Positions 1 to 14,040 of a DNA stretch of 64,000 nt are shown piece by piece. Both the position numbers and the translations under genes were made by a program. Position 1 is the first letter of the stretch. Each line of letters opens with the position of its first letter. Origin of the DNA: Chrysomallon squamiferum (Eukaryota > Animalia > Mollusca); the NCBI GenBank assembly GCA_012295275.1, contig CM022677.1, forward strand, positions 3,534,001 to 3,598,000, read 5' to 3'. Below the pieces are notes generated by a model. That model saw only the letters and a program-made list of their open reading frames with translations. It was not told where the DNA came from and made no database searches.

Positions 1-3000
1 CTTCTCTGTATCTGTAAACACATAAAATATTTAATAAACACTTGTTTAACTGCAACAGTTTATAAAACCTCCACTGAGAGGAACTGAACCAGAGTGAGAA
101 TCTTTTGTTATTAGATGTTGCCTGAAATAGTAGTTTATCCAATCAGTTATATAGCTGTAACAACCATCAAGATCTTTTCATAATTTGAAGGCAAATTTTT
201 AAATTATCTTTACAGATTTTTTGAAAATGACATACTATTCACACAGATTTTAAACACTATTAATCCAATAGTCAAATCATACACAATTTTCATATTTTGA
301 TGCAAACTTTGTGTTATTGTTACATATTTTTTATACTTTTAATAAAAATGTCATATTATTCTTACAGATTTTTTGTACATTCAACCTAAACATAATGTTA
401 TTCTACCAAGTTCAACAACCTTTTTACCTGCCTTTGTATCTGAGAAGTAACCTTTTCAACTTACATTACCCCAGATGCCAAAAATAAAACCATTCTTCTC
501 AACATCGAAAGCTTTTCCTTAGCCTCAGACAGCAATGGGTACTTCATACCCTGCAGAAACTGGTTAATTAATGACTTACCTATTTCATGAAGTTTGGCTC
601 TTTCAAGCAGGAATTCTGGATCGTGGATTCTCTGAGCTCCTGACAAAATTTCCTAAACATGTCATAAGAATTGGACCATTTCTAGAATGGGAAAAAAGAT
701 AATATTAATACAGACTTGCACATATATATTTTGTTAAATGTGTACAATAATTAGCATCCATCAGCTAAAATGAAGATATGCAAGATTTATTTATTTTTCA
801 AAATTCGTAATATTTTTTTTATTAAACGAGATGCATTTACTCTTTAGCATAAAACACAGCTAGTAATGAAATATCTATAAATATAAATTTGTGAAAAATA
901 AATATTTCATTCAAGTTATCAATCCGTGCTTCCTTTTTCATTCTTCTGCATATGTTCAAAAAGTTAGTTCAAATGATTATAATGAACAGTTTTTATTTGA
1001 CTTATGAGAAAGTACAGGCGTACTTCATTTTTGGGGTCTGGCATTGTGTAGAATGGACGTACAGACAATGGGAATTTGTCCAGAATGATGAAGTCTGTAT
1101 CATACTGAAAATAAAATAAATAATTGAAAATATTAAATAACAAGTTTGAAATATGAAGTTCAAATAAATCCAGAAACAAAGTAAAAAATTCTATAAATAA
1201 TTTTTAAGACAATAAAAAATAATAAAGACTAATAAAGAGTCTAATATAAAAAAGAATATTATTAAAGTACTCAAAATAAAATAATACATCACTGATATCA
1301 CTAAATAAAAATCTTTAGATATTATGAAAAAAACAAATAGACACCAATAAACATATATGCACATAAAGAGTTAAATATACTAATAAGATGCTTAACTTAA
1401 ACTGTCAATTAAACTATTTTATTTTAAATTGTGAGGATACAAGAACCATAACTCTGACAATATTAATTTTCACTGAGCACAAACATTATTTCAGCTATTG
1501 GAAGTCAAACAATGATAAATATACAAATACAAGATTTATCTCAAACAATACCAAAAAGCATATTGACTGTTAACTAAATTACACTTTAATATGTAATACT
1601 GACCAAATTTAAATTTTTTTATTTTTAAGTTATGAAATTTTCTGATTATTTCTTCAAATTTTTGATGTTAGTAAATTTAAATTTTAAATTTTTCTTTAAC
1701 CTTTGCTTTGACGAGCAGTTTTTCTGCAGGTGTACTCAGGTCATCTCCCTCCTCCATCTCTACCCCTGCCTCTTTTAACATAAGCACACCCTCCCAATAG
1801 TCAAGTCTCAAACTGAAATAACAAAATACCAGTGTAATGCATTCATGTCATGTGAATACTTCAAAATAATAATAATTTTAATTATCATGCAAACTGTCAT
1901 ACTTTACCATGACAAAAGATTAATGTGAAGTGAAAAAGTAATATGAAAATATACAAAACATATATATATATTTTTTGCTATTCATATAATCTTGAAAAAT
2001 ATGTTATCGCATCTAATCAGAATTTAAAAAATAAATAAATAAAAATTTAAATGGATTGTTACTTAATGTTTGTTTTATATTTTGTTAGTAGTTTAAAATA
2101 ATAATGATAATCATAATAAATAAATAAATATGGAGCAGTGTGAAAATAAACAAAAAATAAAGGTTTATGATTTACTTAGCTTTGTAATATTAAAATTCTG
2201 AGATACAAATCCACTGCCTAACAGATACAACAAAAACATAATTTAAAAAAAAAAAGATGTCTGGTTTAATAATAAAATACCTGGGTTCCAGAAATTTAAA
2301 AGGTTCTGCTGGATACTGCTTGTGAACAAGAGAAATTTCTTCTGCAAAGCTGGAAAAAAAAAAAATTATTATTATTTTACATTGGTATGACCCAATAATA
2401 TTTCCCGAAAAACTCTGAATATTTTAATTTACAAGACAATAGCAAAAAAATGTATTTCTATATTTATCTGGAATTTCTATACCTCATTTAGAAAGTTTTT
2501 GGTTTAGATAATCAAAAATTGCTATGGATGACTATGAATTTTTAAATGCACCATTTTGATGATGAACCACTTATGAAATTAAGAATCACCAACACCATTA
2601 TAAAATATTATAACATCTAAGTTGCATTTTCTTCACCTGAAGAAAAATAGCATTACAAATCTTTTTCATTCTTCCAACTGCTTTGTATGCAATTTTGTTT
2701 CTGTATAGTTTATAAACCTATGTAATTATTGTTCATTTATCATTAAATTTTAATCTGTAAGTTTCTCCGCATACTTTTCTTGAAGCCCCTTGAAGATGGC
2801 AATGAACATGTTTCCAATCAGGTCAACAACCTCGTGGTAGTGGTAGTTGAAGGCCATTTCAACATCAAGACCAACAAATTCAGTTAAATGGCGATGTGTG
2901 TTGGAGTCTTCTGCTCTGAATACTATTAAAAATAAAATTGTCAAAAATGAGATGTTTTACCAATAAAATCCAAACATAATAAATAATATATGAGATTTTA

Positions 3001-4037
3001 CTAACAGTATTATAAAATGTTTGCTAGAAACATAACATTCATGGAATATTTTTATGGATTTCAACATATTTTTGTTCTACGTTTTGTGCTGTCACAACAG
3101 AATGCATACTGTTACAATAAAACAGAATCTATTAATTCAAACGCATTAAGCTACATCTCAAAATTCAAAAAAATCATAATTTAATGCACTAATTTGAACA
3201 TTTTTAAAGAATTATTAAGAATAAAATTAAACACAAATGTAACAAGTTTCCATACATTCTCTATTGACGATCTGTAAAAGATATATCAATGATAACAGTA
3301 AATAAAATATTTTAAACAAAACAAACCAGCTCCAACTGTGAAAACTTTGTCCAGGTCACCACAGACTGCCATCTGTTTATACAACTGCGGAGACTGGGCA
3401 AGAAAAGCTTTCAATTTGAAGTACGAAACTTCAAACACGTTCGCACCACCTTCAGAGGCAGCTGAAAAATACAACAAACAATTAGAAAACTTAACAGATT
3501 TTTAAAACAAGAATTTATTACCTCCCTTGTAATTAAATACAACAAACAATTAGAAAACTTAACAGATTTTTAAAACAAGAATTTATTACCTCCCTTGTAA
3601 TTAAATACAACAAACAATTAGAAAACTTAACAGATTTTTAAAACAAGAATTTGTTACCTCCCTTGTAATTAAATACAACAAACAATTAGAAAACTTAACA
3701 GATTTTTAAAACAAGAATTTATTATGTAATGTATTTTGGAAAAAAAATTTATACATTTTATTAGGAATGTATTTTGGAAGAGAAAAATACATTTAAGGTA
3801 TGAAACCATATTGTAGTAAAATTCATACTTATGATAGAGACTAAAAGTGAAGTGTATTAATTATTAAGGGATTTTATTTGTTTTACTGCATATTCAATTG
3901 TTTACATATTTGTTTTACTTTGTTATGAATATTTAAATAAGAATATAAATAAATAAATAACAACAACAATAACAAATGATGATATAAAAAAAGAAGAAAA
4001 GAACGTTGTTATGGTAGAAATGAATGTCAGTTTTCTA

Positions 4038-4084
<47 letters not shown>

Positions 4085-5037
4085 ATTAACTGAATGACTT
4101 AGTTACTTACCAGATATGATTTTGGGTGTGTGGATCTCAACAAAGCCTCGATTTACTAAATAATTTCTGAAAAATTTACAAACTCCGGCTTCTACTCGGA
4201 ACAGAGCCTGATTTGTCTGCGTTCTTAGATCAATCACACGATTGTGAAGTCTCGTATCCTGGTTCACACGAGTCAGGGCATTCTGGGAAAAATAAAAACA
4301 ATGGTAGTTAGATAAATCATGGGAACTGAAGCAGTTGAGGTGAAATAAAAAAAATAAAAAAAAAAAATGAAAATAAATGAGTTCTTGTTTACATAAGCAA
4401 AACATTCTGGATGAAATAAAATGAAATAAAAATAATTGATAACAAGAAAATTCATTATCTCACCTTGACTGATGAATTATCATTTATTTACTCCACACTT
4501 TACTGGATGATTTGCATCATTCAAGCAAAACTATTTTTTTTTTTTAAACAGATTTCACTATAACATATCACCCAATAAACAAGTTTTTATTTTTTTTATT
4601 TTTTTAAAGATGACAATAAATTCTTGCTGTTTCCTATTGTAAAATTCTTAAGTCTACTGGAGTTGTGTCCCATTATATTCCTAATATGATTCTAAGTTAA
4701 AAACAAAACAGGCAGTCAAAGATGTTTTATTTCCTACACTGATCAACTGTTTGATTTATTTTACAGTTATTTTCACAGTAACATTACTAAAATCAAAATT
4801 ATTTGTTAAAACAAAATTTTTAGAAATAAATTCTGGCTATTTTGACAGCATTTCATATCCTACTTTGAGAAGATTGATAAATTTTATTTTTCACTTCTGT
4901 TAACTAACAAATATTAAAAATAGAGTGTTTTGTTAAAGAAATACTTTCACACAGATAAAAATCTACCTCAGTTTCTGGACGACTTGCATCTTCTACTTGG
5001 AGAGGTAATCGAGGTATAGCAGCTGACACAACCCCAC
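1..5037 (-). pseudogene. DARS1: Cytoplasmic aspartyl-tRNA synthetase, 5'-truncated and frameshifted; last exon runs off the window start
   Basis: AG/GT-bounded exons: 5037-4967 (VVSAAIPRLPLQVEDASRPETE), 4282-4111 ([17 protein letters not shown]...[12 protein letters not shown]), 3461-3327 ([10 protein letters not shown]...[11 protein letters not shown]), 2922-2775 ([16 protein letters not shown], motif 2), 2349-2281, 1812-1701, 1104-1024 (RPFYTMPDP), 681-580 (KWSNSYDMF/EILSGAQRIHD) and 11-1 (DTEK). About 10 nt (MRGE codons) are missing near 652, causing a frameshift. EKLL(GRL)VK carries a 9-nt deletion. No anticodon-domain exons were found upstream. Confidence 0.9.
3467..3722. repeat. 68-bp minisatellite, ~3.8 copies, next to a DARS1 acceptor site
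   Basis: Unit aaatacaacaaacaattagaaaacttaacagattttt...cccttgtaatt recurs at 3467, 3535, 3603 and 3671. Confidence 0.9.
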
Positions 5038-5072
5038 CTGAAATAAATTTATATATAAAAAAATTATATATA

Positions 5073-5530
5073 CTGTATGTTATTCTCTGTTTGTCGGGAA
5101 GAAGAGCAAACACAAGGGGACACATAGTGGTTCCGTCCATCGCATGGATGATATATAATTGGGTCAACAATGCTGGACAAGAAGAGAAAGTTCCGTCCAT
5201 AAAAATGGATTCTGCAGCCTGTAGAGCTACGATTTGCTCATCTGTTGAAAACACAAGCATGTTATTTTCATTTCCATCGCTAAATAAAAGGTAGCGTCTT
5301 CCATCATTTGTGTTTGTCCTTGGTTCTTCTATGCTGACATCAGCTCTAGTCTGTGGTAGGGTGGGTACCAGAACTCGTCTCTCTGTGCACTGCTCATACT
5401 GGGAAAGGATGGCAAATAAGGAAACGTTTCTGGTGCTTGATTTGCAACCTCATCATTGTATATTTGCTGTATTGGTGCTGTTTCTTCTCTTTCTCGCTTC
5501 CGTAGTATGCTGACAAACCGAACAACATTC
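5073..5530 (-). mobile_element. MULE/Mutator transposase fragment (N-terminal part of the DDE domain)
   Basis: Translation MLVFSTDEQIVALQAAESIFMDGTFSSCPALLTQLYIIHA...PLVFALLPDKQRITY matches the MULE DGTF..P..F.QLY.IH...PLV.ALL..K motif. It stops about 35 bp from the DARS1 acceptor at 5038-5040. Confidence 0.85.
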
Positions 5531-6185
5531 GGGTCACTTGGAAGATGGTTGTGTTCTGAATAAAATTGTCAACAGCTGCTATAATTATATTTATGGACAA
5601 CAGTCAACAAGCGAATGAAAAACAACAAGAAGAATTTAGATATTCCCCCAGAAGCATTTTATAAACATCTTGGATCAAGTGTTATTAATTATGTTACTGA
5701 CAAACATTCAGCAATGCTCGGTCCAGAACTGACAAGATACATCATTTTCACTACAAATGGAGAATTTTTAAATTTATTACAGCTACTTCGTCAATCGTTT
5801 GTTTTATTCAGTATGTTGACAAAATGTCGTAATAACTGTGTCAGTTATACTATCAACGTTGTACGACCTTCATAATAAATAGGAAAAGAATGTTACAGTA
5901 TTTATTATTGCAGACACCGGATTAATAGCAGTGCAATCAGTTTATAATACCGATCGCCTGATTGGCTTAGAGCCTACAGTTATCTATGATATGGAAAATC
6001 CGATTGGCTAAAATGTACTGCTCTTTTAAAAAAAAAGAAAAAAAAAATAATAATAAAAAATAAATAAATAAAGGTGCCCGTTCATAATTCCACTTATAAG
6101 TAACTTTTACTTTTTATTGTCAGATAAATAATACATCTTTAGTTAGTATATTATTATCTATATTTTTATTTTTTTATTCATTCAT

Positions 6186-6233
<48 letters not shown>

Positions 6234-6250
6234 CATTATTATTATTATTA

Positions 6251-6286
<36 letters not shown>

Positions 6287-6469
6287 ATGAATAAATAAAA
6301 AGTTAGTAATAGTACTTCTCCAGGAAATTATTAAATAATTTTATCTGTAAATAATATTTTTGGCTTATATAACTGAGACACATTGTTTTATTATTTCTAT
6401 ATTTATTATTTATTATTTTTTATTTTATTTATTTATTTATGTATTTATGTATGTATTTATTTATTTATT

Positions 6470-6526
<57 letters not shown>

Positions 6527-7126
6527 GTTTTGTTTTCCTCTTTTTTTAATTTTGTTTTGTAATATAATGTAAATACATTAAACATTAGAATACATAGACA
6601 CTTTAAACAAAAAGAAAAGAAAAGGAAAAGAAAAAAGAAAAAGGGAAAAGAAAGCCAAAATGCACAAGAAAGTGAAAATATATCCACTGTGGTTAGGTAT
6701 CACATATTTGTATGACAAAAATCAAAAGACTAAATATAATTTTGACTGTGTAAGAACTTGCTCATCAAAAACTGATAAATTAAAAATTGTTTTAAACCTG
6801 TTTTAAAAAGAAATTTGCTCATTAAGCACTTAATTGTAGTTGTTCTTCATTCCAACCCCATATTCTTGTATAATTAAAAGTATTAGGAGATTTAACTCAA
6901 GGCATTTGAAGGGACACAGATCTAGGTAATCTGGAATTATGTTTAGAATTTTGTGCACTTCAGGGTAGTCACAAATGCAGAGAAGACTTCTTCCATATTA
7001 ATTTCAGTTTTCATTCCCAAATCTACTTATTATACTGATGACTTGAAAATTATTTTTAAAAATTATTACACACCTAACTCCTGCTAAATAAGAGATTGAT
7101 GTCACTGATACTTTTATGTATATATA

Positions 7127-7174
<48 letters not shown>

Positions 7175-7283
7175 TAGGCCTTTGCATATATATCCTTATC
7201 AATATATTTAAACATAAACTGATGTTGAGAATAAATAACATATTTCAGTAACAATTCTGCACCATATTTTGCCATCAAAATTA

Positions 7284-7340
<57 letters not shown>

Positions 7341-7607
7341 CTACTGAGTAGGTATCTAGCATGTTTATGTTGAACAGACAGTGAGCCAAAGTGGTTGTTG
7401 TTCATGCTGTTGTGGTTGGTTGCAGACGTCACGACTCTACCATCAGGATCCTAGCATCTACTTGAGAGTTCAATTCATGGCAAACAAGCAGTTCATAGTT
7501 ACTTGCCATTTGGAGATAATTGCACACACACAGACACACATACAGACACACACACAGACACACACACATACACATATGCAACATATGTACATACATATAC
7601 AAACATT

Positions 7608-7638
<31 letters not shown>

Positions 7639-8100
7639 TATATATACATACATTTAAACATTAAATACACACAAACAAGCATTAAATACATACACACATA
7701 TATGTACACAAACAAGCATTAAATACATACAAACATTTAAATACATACACACATACATGTACACACACAAACATTTAAACACACAAGCATTTAAATACAT
7801 ACACACATACATGGTTATTAAGTGATATTATTTAAGTTGTTTTCACAGCCATGTGGTGTCTTCATCTAGAAAAAGAAAACTACAATGCCTTAAGTTCAAG
7901 TCTCATCAGCAGAATGATGAGGTTGAGATTGGACTTTGTCCTCCTGTTCCCAAATATTGTCTATGTGTAGAGTTTAACCAGACAACCATCAGTAAACAGA
8001 TTACATACATACCTACTGATGCATATAGAGTGTTGTAAAAAAAATTAAATGTCGTTTCTGAGATATGTGTTAAAATTCAATGTACTTGCCATTTGATGTA

Positions 8101-11011
8101 TCAGTTTGTGAATGTGTTTTTGTACTGATTTATGAATGTGTTTTTGTACTGGTTTATGAATGTGTTTTTGTACTGGTTTGTGAATGTTTTTGTACTGGTT
8201 TGTGAATGTGTGTTTGTACTGGTTTGTGAATATTTTTGTACTGGTTTATGAATGTTTTTGTACTGGTTTGTGAATGTTTTTGTACTGGTTTGTGAATGTG
8301 TGTTTGAGACTTTTTTATACAAGTAATGATTAGATACAGCTGTTATTGAAGTAAGATGAGATACAGCTGTTATTGAAGTAAGGTGAGATACAGCTGTTAT
8401 TGAAATAAGATGAGATACAGCTGTTATTGAAGTAAGATGAGATACAGCTGTTATTGAAGTAAGGTGAGATACAGCTGTTATTGAAGGAAGGTGATATACA
8501 GCTGTTATTGAAGTAAGATGAGATACAGCTGTTACTGTAGTAAGGTGAAATACAGCTGTTACTGAAGTAAGATGAAATACAGCTGTTACTGAAGTAAAGA
8601 GGTGAAATAGCTGATAAAGTGAATATGAAGATGCAGGAAACTGATCATGAACAAAATTTACATTTCAGCAGATTTGTTGACTCTTGCTTAACATATATAA
8701 TTAAAAACAGAAAACAAGGCAATTTCAAATATTTATTGGAACAACAAAACAAATCTAAACTACTTAAACATTTTTCACTAAAATAGTAATTTAAATTATT
8801 TCAAAACATTAATTTTAAGTGATTATGAATTTCCAAATATAAAATGTTTCGAAATTTCTGATCTGATTCCTTTGAGATCAACAATAAATTACAAAAATAA
8901 TTTCAGTGATTTTAATGAAAATGTCACAGAAACTGATTAGAATTATAAATCATTTATCAGTGACATCAGACAATGAAAGCCCCGAGTGTTGTAGTTCACA
9001 TCATACCATGACATATGGTAAAGATGTATACAATAAAAACATTTAAAAAACACTAAACTTAAAATATCAAACAATACCAAGACATATGGTAAAGATGTAT
9101 ACAATAAAAACATTTAAAAAACACTAAACTTAAAATATCAAACAATACCAAGACTTCTGGTAAAGATGTATACAATAAAAACATTTAAAAAACACTAAAC
9201 TTAAAATATCAAACAATACCAAGACTTCTGGTAAAGATGTATACAATAGCACTGTATTAACAAAACATAAAATAAAAAGTAAACAACAGATCACTCATGG
9301 AAAGAAATAACTAAATACCTGCATGTGTTTGAAAGACAAAATTAAATCAAACATCCTTATTAAATATTTGTGTGGAGTTTTTCAGAGGTTTTTTTTTTTT
9401 TTTTAATTTTCATTCACACAAATCTGGTAAAATCCAGTATGAATAATTAGGCTTAACAAAAATACTTTTACTTGATTTTACATGATGCACTTGAGATAAT
9501 CAGAAAAGTTGTTTTTTACAAGTGGAAAACTTTGTTAGTTCAGTAAGAGCCAGGCTTTCAAACACAGCACTGAATAAAAAACATCAAATCAAAAAACAGA
9601 CATACATCCATTTATGTCATATTCCAATATCCATCTGTGTCGCATATCAATGTAACTAAGCACTATAAATATATAAATACTATATCTATGTTAAATTCCA
9701 ATGTAAAAACAGACATACATACATCTGTGTCACATACCAATGTAACTAAGCACTATAAATAAATAAATACTATATCTATGTTAAATTCCAATGTAAAAAC
9801 AGACATACATATCTGTGCACTATAAATAAATAAATACTATACCAAAGTAAAACAAACATATCTATATCCTAACAAAGGTGAAACTATTCTAAGACAATCA
9901 AAAACAGAAATGGAAAACAATAAAAAATGTTTTGTTTGAAACAACATTTTAGATACATATCTATATCCTCCCAAAGATGAGAATTATTTTGAGAAAACCA
10001 AAATTAGAAAAATACCTTTTTGGGGGGTGAATCAAAGTTTACAAAAGCACAGAAAAGTCAGTCATCTGTGTTTGTACTGATAGTGAGGACAACAACAACA
10101 ACAACCACAACAGCAATAATAGTAATAATAATTACACTAACAATATCAGTAATTGTAATAAGTACACAGTTTCAGTTTTCAAATTAAACATTTTCTTCAA
10201 AAAGTTGCTGAATTCTCCAGACTGAATGAAAGTTAGTCGTGGGTCGACACAGAAGTGGGTTTGTAGAACTCAGCTGTGATTTACTGTTCATTTTCAAAAC
10301 AAAATTTTCAAAAGTTATTTATTTGAATGATTATTTTTATTTATGTTATACATGAAAGTTGTGAAAATTAGTAAAGCTTATATGAACTATAATGACACCC
10401 AATAAATTTTTTTTTTTTCAAATACAAGATCTAAATTAAAAATTAGAAAAATGAAAACTATTCATACTTTTTCAGGATTAACAAAGAGGAATCAATGATT
10501 ACATTTCACATGGAAAACATTCTCTACTGCATCGTTATTGAAGGCAATACATAAACCCCAGAAACAAACATACAGCAGAATGTCTTACTATCTGCAATAC
10601 TCTCACTGCTGTAATACATAAACCCCAGAAACAAACATACAGCAGAATGTCTTACTATCTGCAATACTCTCACTGCTGTAATACATAAACCCCAGAAACA
10701 AACATACAGCAGAATGTCTTACTATCTGCAATACTCTCACTGCTGTAATACATAAACCCCAGAAACAAACATACAGCAGAATGTCTTACTATCTGCAATA
10801 CTCTGTGTAATACATAAACCCCAGAAACAAACATACAGCAGAATGTCTTACTATCTGCAATACTCTCACTGCTGTAATACATAAACCCCAGAAACAAACA
10901 TACAGCAGAATGTCTTACTATCTGCAATACTCTGTGTAATACATAAACCCCAGAAACAAACATACAGCAGAATGTCTTACTATCTGCAATACTCTCACTG
11001 CTGTAATACAT
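8101..11011. repeat. Cluster of minisatellites
   Basis: ~20-bp unit at 8101-8300, 27-bp gatacagctgttattgaagtaagatga x~10 at 8330-8597, 71-bp x~3.4 at 9010-9248, ~114-bp x2 at 9596-9840 and ~62-bp x~7.5 at 10545-11011. Confidence 0.85.
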
Positions 11012-11101
11012 AACTGTCAAAATACACTTCCCAAAGAATTCCATGCATAAACCTTCCAAAACAATCCAAACAGGTAAACATACATACATACATACATATG
11101 T

Positions 11102-11142
<41 letters not shown>

Positions 11143-11601
11143 CATTAAAGAAGAAAGAACATATTTGAAATAATTAATTAATGAGTTCTAAAAAAGACCA
11201 TAATTTTTTTTTTTTCATATGTTTTTGCTTTGTTATTTTAAAAACAAGTTCTCATTATTTAATTAACATCAGTGGTTTTCTTTTAAAAAAAAGAAGAAAA
11301 TAATAATATTAATTTTATTGTGAACATTTTTCATTTAATCTGCTAACATTACATTTAACTTTTCTTTCCAGTGATCTGTATTTTCTGACATTACTATTTT
11401 TTAAAGCATTACTAATGAATGAATGTTAATGAAAATAAAACAGAATAATAATTTTAATAATGAAAGTCCACAGTGTTCTACTACTTGTCTTATAGCAAGT
11501 AAACTGGCTAATGTACTACTTGTTTGCCAAAAGGGAGGTAACCAGCTATCTGAACCAACCTGCCTAAAAGCAGGGTTACCTGTACCTGACTGATTAGCAT
11601 G

Positions 11602-12603
11602 TTAACAATCCTCAGCAGCTTTTAGTTCTTTTATCAGTTTTATTAGGTAAGCTTTTTCATCATCAAACTGTTCACCATATGAGTGGTTGGTACAAAACTT
11701 ATTTAGAAAGTCCACAAGTTTTTCTTTGTTTCGTAGAAGTATGTTCAAAAGAGGCTTTGGTTTGCTAGGATTGGCTACAAACACCTTAAAGACGTGGAAG
11801 GCTTCAAACTGAATATTTCGACTTTCCTCTCTCAGCATGTTCATCACTAGTTTCAGGTTTTCCGGGTTGCTGGTGTACCGAGTCATGAAGTTGTGGCAGT
11901 CAAGCAGCAACTCTCCCAGCAGCTTCAGAGCCTGTCTTCTGCTGACGTAATTGGCTGAGTTTAATAAGGCCTGATAATGACCAAACACTCTGTCATAATT
12001 ACTCTCTAGAAATTCAGCAGATAACTTCTTGTGCTTTGTCAACAGTTCCTTGAAAGTTGAGAACGCATCTGCTGCAATGTCGAACGTGGAAGCTTCAACA
12101 TAAGAAAAGAAGTTGTAGAAGTCGTCAGAATAAAGCATAATCTTAGCCAGGGCTTCATAACGACAACACTCTCGCAACATCATTCCACAGTTCAGCGCTA
12201 TTTCTCGAGTTTCATAACTTTTCATGAGTAGGAAGAGAAGTTTTCGTTTCACACTGATGTACTCGACAGCGGGTGAACGGCTTCCTGTCTGTCGACGCAG
12301 CAAGTTGTGGAAAATGACGACCACGTCTTTTCTTCCCTCAAAATCGATCTTGTTGAGGTTGACAATGAACAAGATGAGAAGGTTGCTCTGGAACATTTCA
12401 TGAGATAGCTGAACTATACGTTCTGGCTTTGGTTCCTTGTCAGCTGTTCCACACAGCATCATCTTAACAGCCTGAAGCGTTTCACTAACCTTTTTCACAT
12501 CTGTCTCACTTCTGTCTCCGACTGATTCAAGCCTGCCAATCGCCTCCTTGCACTCCCTGACAAGCACGTGCGGTTTCTTCTGCGACTTTCCAAACAACGG
12601 CAT
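11602..12603 (-). CDS. CAB39: Calcium-binding protein 39 / MO25 homologue, intronless (probable retrocopy), 333 aa
   Basis: Uninterrupted ORF from ATG at 12603 (the ORF-track start at 12606 is GTG). It contains MPLFGKSQK, IDFEGRKDV, IALNCGMMLREC, STFDIAADAFSTFKELLTKHK, NYVSRRQALKLLGELLLD and IQFEAFHVFKVFVANP. Confidence 0.95.
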   Translation of the reverse strand: MPLFGKSQKKPHVLVRECKEAIGRLESVGDRSETDVKKVSETLQAVKMMLCGTADKEPKPERIVQLSHEMFQSNLLILFIVNLNKIDFEGRKDVVVIFHNLLRRQTGSRSPAVEYISVKRKLLFLLMKSYETREIALNCGMMLRECCRYEALAKIMLYSDDFYNFFSYVEASTFDIAADAFSTFKELLTKHKKLSAEFLESNYDRVFGHYQALLNSANYVSRRQALKLLGELLLDCHNFMTRYTSNPENLKLVMNMLREESRNIQFEAFHVFKVFVANPSKPKPLLNILLRNKEKLVDFLNKFCTNHSYGEQFDDEKAYLIKLIKELKAAEDC

Positions 12604-13559
12604 CACCGCATCGGAAAATTAGCGCCGGAAATCGTTTCAGTTACTTGATCAAAAATCAGACAATATAAACTTGTTCCAACTTATTATATTACATTTTTCT
12701 TCTACAATTTTTAAAATACCAGTGTATCGAATGTTCTCAAAACATTACAAATGTTACGAATTGCGGTTGTCGTTATTCTAAGAACTTCGCTTATTTCAAC
12801 TATTTTCTCACTTTATTTAATATATACAAGCATATATTTCATTTACTCAGAATTTAATTTAAAAAAAAAAAAAAAAAAATATTCCTTATTTGTCACTATA
12901 ATCGTAGCCAAATTAAATATTACGACAGTTGTATTTAAATTCGCGACTATGGCGGAAATAGCTGATGACATAATTATCATTTTATATTTAATTAAAATTT
13001 GTTGTGTCTTAATGTTTCATCTCTCGCTCTGTTTCTCTCACAGAAAAATACAAACACTGATCAAGCACCAAAGAAATTTTTTTTATTTTATTTTATTTCA
13101 TTATTTTCCTTTAACATGTATTATTATTGTTGTTGTTGTTATAACGATGATGTTATTACAAATATTTTATTTTGTTTTATTTATTTATTTATTTTATTGT
13201 TTGATTTGTTTGTTTGTTTGTTATTATCACTGTACAGGTTGTGTTGTGCGAACACGACTATTTTGCAATAAATGAATAGAGTAATGAATAAATATGAGCT
13301 ACTTGTTTGAATTACGTGAGTGTGCGTGTATGTGTGTGCGAGCTTGGTGGAATGTATGTATGTATGTATGTAATTATGCAAGCATGTACGTAAGTGGATT
13401 TACAGTTGCTCCCTGTACAACAGCCACCCATTTTTTCTTCCAATAATGACATATATGCATGTATAAGGAAACATTTTTAATACTTCAAAAATAATAAACC
13501 AGAAATAAAATAAAATTCATAGCTCTCTACTAAAGCTTTGTATAGCAACAGTTCATTCA

Positions 13560-14040
13560 GAAGTACAGGTTCAACTGTAACCATGTATACCTAGGCACGT
13601 CTTACAAGAGTTTATTGAAACACTTTGATGTCGTGTTGTGGTCCACTCAAATAGTCCAGGACTTGTCGGTTTTCACGCTGTCTGACAATACTGGCAATAG
13701 ATGAAGTTGTCCTCAAAGTGCTCCAGTATCTGATAGTGCTTCAAAAGCTGCCTTACTTCGTCCACTAGAACGAATGCAATTGCAGATATCTGACTGATCA
13801 GTAAATCAAACTCTTCATCAGTATTGTAACGAACTGCCAGACTAATGAGTTGAATTTGGCGCCAGATGCATTGCCTCAAATGAAAGAAGCATCCAGTCAC
13901 AGCACAGTTTAGCTGTACAGACGTGTTGTCTTCTTCCTTCACACTCGTAAGAAATCTATCCACCTCTGAGTTCCTTCTGTCGGACATACACAGAGTTTTC
14001 GAAGGCAAGTTTTGGATGACCACACTCTGAATGAGTGAAC
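13560..14040 (-). mobile_element. MULE transposase fragment (C-terminal part), degenerate
   Basis: GCFFHLRQCIWRQIQ...LAVRY...IAFV.VDEV...HFEDNFI contains the MULE CxFH motif and following helices. Confidence 0.8.

Noticed and set aside
4904-5260. ORF-track 118-aa MULE-DARS1 fusion protein
   Set aside because: It is a chance read-through across a short intron remnant, and both parts are fragments.
8330-11011. Regular direct repeats that could be mistaken for CRISPR arrays
   Set aside because: They are head-to-tail units without unique spacers, there are no cas genes, and the context is eukaryotic.
10545-11011. 62-bp repeat encoding ESIAD between ttacag and gtaaga, resembling DARS1 ESIVD
   Set aside because: Only five residues are similar and the flanking translation does not match DARS1.
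5073-14040. The two MULE fragments as one element enclosing CAB39
   Set aside because: On the minus strand the C-terminal piece precedes the N-terminal piece, and no TIR pair or TSD was found.
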